Positions 50,672-58,738 of a stretch of DNA of 64,000 nt are shown here, piece after piece. The number at the start of each line of letters is the position of its first letter. Position 1 is the stretch's first letter. The position numbers and the translations under genes are program-made. This DNA comes from an uncultured Candidatus Entotheonella sp. (lineage in GTDB: Bacteria; Tectomicrobia; Entotheonellia; Entotheonellales; Entotheonellaceae), in assembly GCA_965215335.1 (NCBI GenBank), contig CBDCDA010000001.1:1984001-2048000 (forward strand), read 5' to 3'. The notes below the pieces were generated by a model that saw nothing but the letters and a program-made list of their open reading frames with translations, had not been told where the DNA came from and searched no databases.

Positions 50672-50696
50672 CATGCGGGTCCGTATGGTTTAGAAC
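50668..50696 (+). promoter_or_regulatory. Putative sigma70 promoter for the dehydrogenase-hisA genes
   Basis: TTGACA-17 nt-TAGAAC. Confidence 0.55.
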
Positions 50697-50756
50697 CACA
50701 TTTCCATACCCCCAACCCAAGGCGGAAAAACACGCACCTACATGAGGAGTCCATCG

Positions 50757-51962
50757 TTGGCGTACGAAGCACAAATCGAAGCCGGCAAAGCGCACTTTGG
50801 CCGGGTCATGGCCGAGCAACTCGAGCGGGTGGAGCGCCTCAAGCAGCAGCCCGGCTGGCTCGACTTCAGCACGATCAGCCCTATTGTCATCGGCATTCTG
50901 GGCGGCGACGGCATTGGCCCGACCATCGCCGAAGAGTCGAAAAAGGTCCTGGAATACCTGCTGCGCGATCAGGTGACGAGCGGCAAGGTGGTCTTCCGCG
51001 TCATCGACGGCCTGACTATCGAAAACCGCGCCGCGCACCTGCAATCCATCCCCGATGACGTGCTGGCCGAGATCAAGGAATGCCACGTGACGCTGAAAGG
51101 CCCGACCCACACCCCGGAGCAGGGCGACGGCTGGCCGAACCTCGAAAGCGCCAACGTCGGCATGCGCAAGGCCCTCGACCTGTTCGCCAACGTGCGCCCC
51201 GTGCGCGTGCCCTCCCAGGGCATCGATTGGACGTTTTTCCGCGAAAACACCGAGGACATGTACGCCGTCGGCAGCCAGGGCGTGAACGTTACGGACGATC
51301 TGGCGATCGACTTCCGCGTCATCACCTCGCAGGGCTCCGAGCGCATCATCGACGCCGCCTTCGCGCACGCCAGGCATACCGGCAAGGACTCGGTGACCAT
51401 CGTCACCAAAGCCAACATCGTCAAGACGACCGACGGCAAGTTCCTCGATATCGCCCGCAAGGTGGCGGAGAACTATCCGGGCATCTCGTGGGAGGGATGG
51501 TACATCGACATCATGACCGCAGCGCTCATCAATCCGGCGCGCCAGCGGCAGTTCCAGGTGCTCGCCCTGCCCAACCTGTACGGCGACATCCTGACGGACG
51601 AGGCGGCCCAGATTCAGGGCGGCGTCGGCACCGCCGGCAGCGCCAACGTCGGCAAGGTGTACGCCATGTTCGAGGCCATCCACGGCAGCGCCCCGCGCAT
51701 GGTGCAGGAAGGCCGCGCGCAGTACGCCGATCCCAGCTCGATGGTGCGGGCCGGCGCCATGCTGATGGAGCACATCGGCTTTCAGGAGTCCGGCGCCCGG
51801 CTGCACAAGGCCCTGGACATCTGCGGCCAGTACGAGCGCAGCGTGGCCATGACGGGCCGCAGCAGCGGCGCCACGAGCGGCGAATACGGCCAGTACCTCA
51901 TGGCAACCGTGGAGGATTCCGGCATGGAAGCCAAGTGGGAATCCTTCGTCAATGCCGGCTGA
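50757..51962 (+). CDS. Isocitrate/isopropylmalate dehydrogenase family, isocitrate-like
   Basis: GDGIGP, LKGP, ESANV..RKALDLFANVRP, RENTEDMY, KANI, PNLYGDILTD, FEAIHGSAP; TTG start after GAGGAG (alternative ATG 50742). Confidence 0.85.
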   Translation: MAYEAQIEAGKAHFGRVMAEQLERVERLKQQPGWLDFSTISPIVIGILGGDGIGPTIAEESKKVLEYLLRDQVTSGKVVFRVIDGLTIENRAAHLQSIPDDVLAEIKECHVTLKGPTHTPEQGDGWPNLESANVGMRKALDLFANVRPVRVPSQGIDWTFFRENTEDMYAVGSQGVNVTDDLAIDFRVITSQGSERIIDAAFAHARHTGKDSVTIVTKANIVKTTDGKFLDIARKVAENYPGISWEGWYIDIMTAALINPARQRQFQVLALPNLYGDILTDEAAQIQGGVGTAGSANVGKVYAMFEAIHGSAPRMVQEGRAQYADPSSMVRAGAMLMEHIGFQESGARLHKALDICGQYERSVAMTGRSSGATSGEYGQYLMATVEDSGMEAKWESFVNAG

Positions 51963-51980
51963 GTTCGGAACTGCCGGCGC

Positions 51981-52739
51981 ATGCGCTTCCGCCCTTGCAT
52001 CGACCTGCACAACGGGGTCGTCAAGCAGATCGTCGGCGCCTCCTGGCACGACGGTGCTGACCCGCAGACCCATTTCGCAACCAATCAACCCGCCTCTTAT
52101 TTCGCCGACCGCTACCGCCAGGACGGACTGCACGGCGGTCACGTCATCATGCTCGGCCCGGGCAACGAGGCTGCTGCTGCTGCTGCCGTGACCGCCTTTC
52201 CCGGTGGCCTGCAGGTGGGCGGCGGCATCAATCCGCAAAACGCCGCGGCGTGGCTGCAACGCGGCGCCGTCGGCGTCATCGTCACCTCCTACCTGTTTCA
52301 AGACGGCAGACTGAGCCGCGACCGGCTGCAGGACATGGTCGACGCCGTCGGCGCCTCCCGCCTCATCCTCGATCTCAGTTGCCGCAAGATGGACGGGCGC
52401 TACGTCGCCATGACCGACCGATGGCAGAGTGCCACCGACCTGGAAATCAACGCATCGACGCTGGCCGATCTGGCCCCCAGCTGCTGCGAGTTTCTCATCC
52501 ACGCGACCGCCGTGGAGGGCCGCCAGGCGGGCATCGACGCCGAGATCGTGTCGCTGCTCGGGCGCATCGCACCGCTGCCGGTCACGTATGCCGGGGGCAT
52601 TCGCAGCATGTCGGACGTTAAGCAGATCCGGGAACTCGGCCAGGATCGGTTGGATTTCACGGTGGGAAGCGCCCTCGACCTGTTCGGCGGCAGCGGGCTG
52701 CGCTACACGGACCTGGTAGCTCTCGGCCGGCAAAGCTGA
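51981..52739 (+). CDS. hisA: Phosphoribosylformimino-AICAR isomerase, eukaryote (His6)-type
   Basis: FRPCIDLHNGVVKQIVG, GGHVIMLG, LQVGGGI, VIVTSYLF, LDLSCR, TVGSALDLFGG. Confidence 0.9.
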   Translation: MRFRPCIDLHNGVVKQIVGASWHDGADPQTHFATNQPASYFADRYRQDGLHGGHVIMLGPGNEAAAAAAVTAFPGGLQVGGGINPQNAAAWLQRGAVGVIVTSYLFQDGRLSRDRLQDMVDAVGASRLILDLSCRKMDGRYVAMTDRWQSATDLEINASTLADLAPSCCEFLIHATAVEGRQAGIDAEIVSLLGRIAPLPVTYAGGIRSMSDVKQIRELGQDRLDFTVGSALDLFGGSGLRYTDLVALGRQS

Positions 52740-52822
52740 GCGTCATCCTTTTCCTGCTTTCCAGGCACTTGCACGCCTCGCGGAAACGCGCTTCAATGCG
52801 CGCCGATTTGGGGGAGAATCCT

Positions 52823-54367
52823 ATGACGAGACGCAAGCTGCCCATCGGCCTGCAGACCTTTCGCACGCTGCGCGAGGCGGACTGTTACTACGTTGACAAG
52901 ACACCCTACATCCGGCGGCTGATGGCGGAGGGCACGCACTACTTTCTGTCGCGCCCGCGGCGCTTCGGCAAGAGCCTGTTTCTGGACACGCTGAAGGAGT
53001 TGTTCGAGGGCAGCGAGACGCTGTTCGCCGGGCTGGACATCCACCGTCGCTGGGACTGGTCGGTGCGTCACCCGGTGGTGCGCCTCGACTTCAGCGGTGG
53101 TGACTACCAGGACCCGGACGGGTTGCGCAGGAACGTGATGGCGCAACTGGACGGCATCGAGCGTTGGGCGCAGGTGACGGTGGGGGGGTCGGGTCCCGAG
53201 CGGTTTGGCTTTCTGCTGGAAGCGCTGCACCGCAAGGCGGGCCGGCGTGTGGTCGTGTTGATCGACGAATACGACAAGCCGATCCTGGACGCGTTGGCGT
53301 TGCCAGAGCTTGCGCGCGCCAACCGCGACTATCTGCGCAGCCTGTACGCGAACGTCAAGTTTGCGGACGCGCACGTCCGCTTCACCTTTCTCACTGGCGT
53401 CAGCAAGTTCTCCAAGGTCAGCCTGTTCTCCGGCCTCAACAACCTCAAGGACATCACCCTGGACCGGCGCTATTCGGCGATCTGCGGCTACACGGAAGCG
53501 GATTTGGATATCGTGTTCGCGCCCGAGCTCGACGACCTGGACCGGGCGGCGATCCGCGACTGGTACAACGGCTACTGCTGGCGCGGCACGGAGAAGGTGT
53601 ACAACCCCTACGACGTGCTGCTGCTGTTCGACAGCCGCGAGTTCAGCGCCCACTGGTTCGAGACCGCGACGCCAACATTCTTGGTGGAGACCCTGTTCCA
53701 GCACCGCGTCACCTCGGTATCGCTCGGCGAGACGGTGAGCACCGGGGAGTTGCTGTCGACGTTTGACGTGGACCACATCGGCACCGAGGCGCTGCTGTTC
53801 CAGACCGGCTGTCTGACCATCGTGTCGGAAGAAAACGTGGGCGGCGAGGCACTGTACCGGCTTGGCTACCCGAACCGCGAGGTGCGTCAGAGCCTGAACC
53901 GCAGTCTGCTGCACCATCTGGTGCAGGACACGGCGCGGCAGACGGTGAACAGTATCCGTTTGTACCGCCTGCTGGAGGCGAACGACTTCGCGGCGATGCA
54001 GGCGTTGTTCCAGGCGTTTTTTGCGAGCATTCCGTACGAGTGGTACACGAACAACGACATCGCGCGTTACGAGGGCTACTATGCGAGCGTGTTCTACTCG
54101 TACTTTGCGGCGCTGGGCTTCGAGATCGTGGTGGAAGACAGCAGCAACCACGGCCGCCTGGACATGGCGGTGCGGGCGTTCGGCCACGTCTACCTGTTCG
54201 AGTTCAAGGTGGTGGAACTGGGGCCCGAGGGGACCGCGCTGGCGCAGCTCAAGGAACGGGGCTATGCGGCCAGGTACCGTGGCCGCGGGGAGTCGGTCCA
54301 TCTGATCGGGGTGGAATTCAGCCGCGAGACGCGCAACGTGACGGCGTTCGAGGTGGTGGCGGGCTGA
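52823..54367 (+). CDS. AAA-ATPase-like protein with C-terminal PD-(D/E)XK nuclease domain
   Basis: LPIGLQTF, YVDKT, SRPRRFGKSL, LIDEYDKP, WYNGY, YPNREV, GRLD..YLFEFK, AQLKERGY. Confidence 0.9.
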   Translation: MTRRKLPIGLQTFRTLREADCYYVDKTPYIRRLMAEGTHYFLSRPRRFGKSLFLDTLKELFEGSETLFAGLDIHRRWDWSVRHPVVRLDFSGGDYQDPDGLRRNVMAQLDGIERWAQVTVGGSGPERFGFLLEALHRKAGRRVVVLIDEYDKPILDALALPELARANRDYLRSLYANVKFADAHVRFTFLTGVSKFSKVSLFSGLNNLKDITLDRRYSAICGYTEADLDIVFAPELDDLDRAAIRDWYNGYCWRGTEKVYNPYDVLLLFDSREFSAHWFETATPTFLVETLFQHRVTSVSLGETVSTGELLSTFDVDHIGTEALLFQTGCLTIVSEENVGGEALYRLGYPNREVRQSLNRSLLHHLVQDTARQTVNSIRLYRLLEANDFAAMQALFQAFFASIPYEWYTNNDIARYEGYYASVFYSYFAALGFEIVVEDSSNHGRLDMAVRAFGHVYLFEFKVVELGPEGTALAQLKERGYAARYRGRGESVHLIGVEFSRETRNVTAFEVVAG

Positions 54368-54437
54368 CCGGCGTTGCGCGTCATGCGGTGCTCTTGGATG
54401 GCTTCGATACCCGCGAACCTGAGCATCAGCCACTGAG

Positions 54438-55235
54438 TCAGCCGATCGTAAGTTGGGTGCACAGATCATCCATCTCCTGCTGCAGCATGGGGGGTATGCC
54501 TGCGTTTAGGTGGGCGAGAAACTCGCGATTGCCCTTGGGACCGGACAGGGGGGAAGGGATGGCCGCGCGTAGCGCCAGCCCGCATGTCTGCGCCGCGGTC
54601 AGAACGGCCTGCAAAACCTGCCGGTGCTGCCTCGCATCACGGACCACGCCGCCTTTGCCGACTTCGCCTTTGCCGACCTCGAATTGCGGTTTGACGAGCA
54701 GGATCGCCTCGGCTTGCGGCGCCAGCAGGGGGACGAGGGCCGGAAGCAGCAGGCGCAGCGAGATGAACGAGGCGTCCACCGTCAAGAGGTTCATGCGTTC
54801 CGGGAAGTCGTGCGGCGTCAGGTGGCGGGCGTTGGTGCGTTCACGCAAGACGACGCGCGGGTCGTTGCGCAGCCGCCAGTGCAACTGGCCGTAGCCCACG
54901 TCCACGGCGTAGACGCGCCGGGCGCCGGCTTGCAGGAGGCAGTCGGTAAAGCCGCCCGTGGCGGCGCCGACGTCAAGGGCGGTGGCGCCCTGCACCCGGC
55001 AATCGAACGCCTCGAACCCTGCCGTCAGTTTCTCGCCACCGCGGCTGACGTACCGGCTCGGGTTGCCCAGCAGCCGCACGTCCGCCCGGGCGGCCACCCG
55101 CGTCCCGCATTGCGTCAGGCGCTGGCCGTCCACGGCGACCTTGCCAGCCAGGATCAACGCCTGGGCCTGGGTCCGGCTCGGCGCCAGACCTCGTTGCCAC
55201 ACCAGGATGTCGAGTCGTTCCCGTTCGGCGGCCAC
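54438..55235 (-). CDS. tlyA: TlyA-family rRNA methyltransferase
   Basis: RLD S4 domain, YVSRGGEKL, LDVGAATGGFTD, VDVGYGQL, LVKPQFE, GPKGNREFL. Confidence 0.93.
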   Translation of the reverse strand: MAAERERLDILVWQRGLAPSRTQAQALILAGKVAVDGQRLTQCGTRVAARADVRLLGNPSRYVSRGGEKLTAGFEAFDCRVQGATALDVGAATGGFTDCLLQAGARRVYAVDVGYGQLHWRLRNDPRVVLRERTNARHLTPHDFPERMNLLTVDASFISLRLLLPALVPLLAPQAEAILLVKPQFEVGKGEVGKGGVVRDARQHRQVLQAVLTAAQTCGLALRAAIPSPLSGPKGNREFLAHLNAGIPPMLQQEMDDLCTQLTIG

Positions 55236-55246
55236 GTGCGCCCTGC

Positions 55247-56140
55247 TCAGACCTTGCGGTTCACGATGAAACGGGCCAGTTGCCGCAGCCGCTCGGCGTC
55301 GTGGTCAAAATCGTCGAGCGCCTTGAGCGCTTCGTGCAGCAACGCCGCGGCGTGTTGGCGTGAGGCTGCCATGCCGAGCAGCGCCGGATAGGTCGCCTTG
55401 CCGTGCTGCGCGTCCTGCCCGACCTGTTTGCCCAGCGCGGTGCTGTCGCCTTCCACGTCCAGAACGTCATCGGCGATCTGGAACGCCAGTCCGATGGCCT
55501 GTCCGTAGCGCTCCAGCGCCTCCAACTGCGCCGCCGAGCCGCCGCCGAGCAAGCCGCCGATGGTGACGGCCGCGCCGATCAGGGCGGCCGTCTTGTGGCG
55601 GTGGATATAGTCGAGCACGTCGAGCGTCACCTCCCGGCCTTCCGAGTCCATGTCCACCACCTGGCCCCCGACCATGCCGGCGCAGCCCGCTGCGCGCGCC
55701 AGGCGGTGCGTGGCTTCCAGCAATACGGCGGGCGCAAACCGGGTCGTCGGAGCAGGTCCGGTCATGACTTCGAACGCGCAGGTCAGCAGGGCGTCGCCAG
55801 CGAGGATGGCGACCGCCTCGCCGAAAACCTTGTGGCTGGTGCGTTGGCCGCGCCGGTAATCATCGTCGTCCATGGCGGGCAGGTCGTCGTGGATGAGCGA
55901 GTAGGTGTGCACGAGTTCTATCGCGCAGGCGGCGGGAAGCACCGCCTCGGAGTCGCCACCGACTGCGTCGGTGGCCGCCAGCAGCAGGGTGGGGCGTACG
56001 CGCTTGCCGCCGGCGAACACGCTGTAGCGCATGGCCTCGGACAGCACCTGCGGGTGGGCGTCAGAGGCGGGAAGATGGTGATCGAGAGCGGCCTCAAGAC
56101 GCTGTTGCTGCGCTTGCAGATACGGCTCCAGGAGTTGCAC
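55247..56140 (-). CDS. ispA: Polyprenyl (farnesyl/geranylgeranyl) diphosphate synthase
   Basis: GGKRVRP, SLIHDDLPAMDDDDYRRG, GQVVD, HKT, FQIADDVLD, GKATYP. Confidence 0.93.
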   Translation of the reverse strand: MQLLEPYLQAQQQRLEAALDHHLPASDAHPQVLSEAMRYSVFAGGKRVRPTLLLAATDAVGGDSEAVLPAACAIELVHTYSLIHDDLPAMDDDDYRRGQRTSHKVFGEAVAILAGDALLTCAFEVMTGPAPTTRFAPAVLLEATHRLARAAGCAGMVGGQVVDMDSEGREVTLDVLDYIHRHKTAALIGAAVTIGGLLGGGSAAQLEALERYGQAIGLAFQIADDVLDVEGDSTALGKQVGQDAQHGKATYPALLGMAASRQHAAALLHEALKALDDFDHDAERLRQLARFIVNRKV

Positions 56141-56150
56141 CGAACCTCCC

Positions 56151-56414
56151 CTAGAAGGGGATTTCCTCCTGACCGCTGCCACCCCCGCTATCCTCCTGAA
56201 TGGCGAAGGGCTCAGGGGTCAGGGTACCGTCGTCGGCCTGCAGGATGTCGATGCGCTTTTCAGCCCGTTGCAGTTGCTGCGTGCAGTGGCGGTACATCGA
56301 CACCCCCTCCTCGTAAAACTGCACGGATTTCTCCAGATCGAGATCGTCCGTTTCCAGCGCCTCGACGATCTCTTCAAGTCGCTTCAGTGCCTGCTCGAAG
56401 GTCAGATCGGCCAT
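56151..56414 (-). CDS. xseB: Exodeoxyribonuclease VII small subunit
   Basis: TFEQALKRLEEIVEALE..LEKS..YEEG..L..AEKRI. Confidence 0.93.
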   Translation of the reverse strand: MADLTFEQALKRLEEIVEALETDDLDLEKSVQFYEEGVSMYRHCTQQLQRAEKRIDILQADDGTLTPEPFAIQEDSGGGSGQEEIPF

Positions 56415-56418
56415 GTCG

Positions 56419-57819
56419 TTATCCTTCCCCAGCCTCTCCCGCAAGGGGAGGGGCCTCATTTTCCCGGACATCGTCAACCGTGCAGGCGAGTTGTCCGTCG
56501 TGCAGAACCAGTTCCACATGCTGCCCCGGCTTTACAGGCACGGCACGGGTGATGAGCTGTTGCGTGGCGGCGTCGCGACAAATGCCGTAACCGCGTGCCA
56601 GAATGGCCAGCGGGCTGAGAGAGTGCAGCTTGCCGCCGAGGCCGTGCAGCGTTTGACGGCGCAGGTTGAGGCAGGAGCGGGTGACTGTCTCAAGGCGGCG
56701 GCGTTGGATGTCGAGATGCGCGTGCTGCCGTTGCCAGCGCCATCTCGGGCTCGACCTGGCCAGTGCCCTGGCGGCGGTTTCCAGACGCTGGGCGCGGCTC
56801 TGCACATCGTTCAGCCAGGCTTTGTCGAGCTGCAGCAGCAGGTCGTCGACCTGCTGCTGCCGCGCTTGCACGAAGCGGTGCGGTGCGCGGAACGGGCGCG
56901 CCGATGACAGGTGCTCCAGGGCAGTGGCCGAGCGCCTGAGGGCATGCTGCACAACGGTATGCATGCGCGCCAGCAGCGCCCCGGCTTGCTGGCTCAGTTC
57001 TTCGGCGCTCTTGACCACCAGTTCCGCCGCTGCCGAGGGCGTGGAGGCGCGCAGGTCAGCGACGAAATCGGCGATGGTGGTATCGGTCTCGTGTCCGACC
57101 GCCGAGATGACCGGGATTTCCGAACCGGCTATCGCCCACGCCACGGCCTCTTCGTTGAACGCCCACAGATCTTCCAGCGAGCCGCCACCACGGCCCACGA
57201 TCAGCACGTCGAGGGGCGGCTCGAAGGCGTTCAGCGCCGCGATGGCGCGCACGATTTCCCCGGCGGCTTCCTTGCCTTGCACCCGCACCGGATAGAGAAA
57301 CAGGTGCACGTTGGCGGCCCGCCGGTGGGCGACCTGGATGATGTCGCGGATGGCGGCGCCGGTGGGCGAGGTGACAATGCCGATGCGCTGCGGCATGACG
57401 GGCAGGGGCAGCTTGCGGTCTTCGTCGAACAGCCCTTCCTGGAACAGCCGCTCCTTCAATTGCTCGAAGGCGATTTGCAGTGCGCCGATGCCCTTCGGCT
57501 CGATGGCTTCGGCGATCAACTGGTAGTCGCCGCGCGGCTCGTAGACGCTCAGGCGCCCACGGGCGATCACCTGCATGCCCGCCTCCGGCGTGAACGGCAG
57601 CTGCCGCACCGCCGAGCGAAACATGACCGTGCGCAGTTGGCTTTTGGCGTCTTTGAGCGTGAAATAGGCGTGGCCGCTTTGCACCAGACGCAGGTTGGAT
57701 ATCTCGCCCTCGATCCACACCAGGGGATAGGAATCCTCCAGAATCTCCTTGATTTCCTGGGTGACCTGGCTGACCGTCAGGATGCGGCCAAAGGGGGATT
57801 CAAACGGCGGCGACTGCAA
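56419..57819 (-). CDS. xseA: Exodeoxyribonuclease VII large subunit
   Basis: GEISN..SGHAYFTLKD, TSPTGAAIRD, RGGGSLEDLW, SAVGHETD, STPSAAAE, LSPL.ILARGY; TTG start approximate. Confidence 0.93.
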   Translation of the reverse strand: MQSPPFESPFGRILTVSQVTQEIKEILEDSYPLVWIEGEISNLRLVQSGHAYFTLKDAKSQLRTVMFRSAVRQLPFTPEAGMQVIARGRLSVYEPRGDYQLIAEAIEPKGIGALQIAFEQLKERLFQEGLFDEDRKLPLPVMPQRIGIVTSPTGAAIRDIIQVAHRRAANVHLFLYPVRVQGKEAAGEIVRAIAALNAFEPPLDVLIVGRGGGSLEDLWAFNEEAVAWAIAGSEIPVISAVGHETDTTIADFVADLRASTPSAAAELVVKSAEELSQQAGALLARMHTVVQHALRRSATALEHLSSARPFRAPHRFVQARQQQVDDLLLQLDKAWLNDVQSRAQRLETAARALARSSPRWRWQRQHAHLDIQRRRLETVTRSCLNLRRQTLHGLGGKLHSLSPLAILARGYGICRDAATQQLITRAVPVKPGQHVELVLHDGQLACTVDDVRENEAPPLAGEAGEG

Positions 57820-58104
57820 GGTCAAACCTCGTTTTCTGGGTATGTTGGGCGTTTTGGGAGGCAGCATTGTACAGCAAAAGGCCATCATTGCAACGCGCCC
57901 ATCGGCGCTCTGAGGGATGCGGCGCCTCTGAACGGCCGTCTTGCTTTCGTCGGGGGGCTTTCGGCAAGATAAGTTCGCGAGACAGGCTCTGATGGGCCGC
58001 GTCTCACGGCACACGAAAAAGTGCGTGGCCGACCCGTGCTGCCGCATCGGTTCCCAACACACCGTCAGCCCACCATGCCTATGACCGCCCCACGCTACCC
58101 CGCA

Positions 58105-58269
58105 TCCGGAGACGTCCTGAAAGCCCGCGCGCCACGCACCAGCGCCATCCTCACTGGCCGCGGCGCCAAGCCCGAGATCGCCGACTACGCGGACCTGGTG
58201 AGCGAGATGCGCGAGGTGAAGCACCCGTATGCAGTCGGCATCAAGGCGCAGCGCGGCCTCGACTTCTGA
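58105..58269 (+). pseudogene. cobO: C-terminal remnant of cob(I)yrinic acid a,c-diamide adenosyltransferase
   Basis: ILTGRGAKPEIADYADLVSEMREVKHPYAVGIKAQRGLDF matches the CobO/BtuR C-terminus; P-loop N-terminal part absent. Confidence 0.8.
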
Positions 58270-58321
58270 CCCCATACTGGCGGATCCTGAGTGTTTGTCG
58301 TTTGTGCTGCGACAGCCCGCA

Positions 58322-58351
58322 TTGACACGCACGCCGGCCTGCCGTTACCAT
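58322..58351 (+). promoter_or_regulatory. Putative sigma70 promoter of the riboswitch-btuB transcript
   Basis: TTGACA-18 nt-TACCAT just upstream of the aptamer. Confidence 0.6.
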
Positions 58352-58369
58352 ACCGCCACACTGAGAAAG

Positions 58370-58531
58370 CCGGGTTGCACCGCAGCGCCCGCTGCGATCA
58401 GGGAAGATGGTGCGAAGCCATCGCTGTCCCGCAACTGTAAGCGGAACGAAATCTGCAACGGCCACTGAGGCAGCCGCCTCGGGAAGGCGCAGAGAGTAGG
58501 TTGCAAGCCGCAAGCCAGGAAACCTGCCCGG
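58370..58531 (+). promoter_or_regulatory. Cobalamin riboswitch
   Basis: AGGGAA..GGTGCGAAGCC..CTGTCCCGCAACTGTAA..GCCACTG..GGGAAGGC..AAGCCAGGAAACCTGCC (B12 box) upstream of a TonB receptor. Confidence 0.95.
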
Positions 58532-58738
58532 ACTTTTTCACTGGAGAAACCTTTCGAGGGAGAGGGTGCCAGTGAAGGTCATACATTCCAACCGCTCCGG
58601 TTGTTCTTCTCACGCCTTCCACGTGTCAACGATTCGTTCTCGTTTGCCACACCCCTGGCATCCCCTTGCCTCCCGACGGCGGGTCGGCGGTTTGCCCCGC
58701 TTGGCGCGCTGCCTGATACGTTACGGGAGAGGGGATCA

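Noticed and set aside
52170..52187. (GCT)5 microsatellite in hisA as a phase-variation site
   Set aside because: Triplet unit keeps the frame and only encodes a short Ala run
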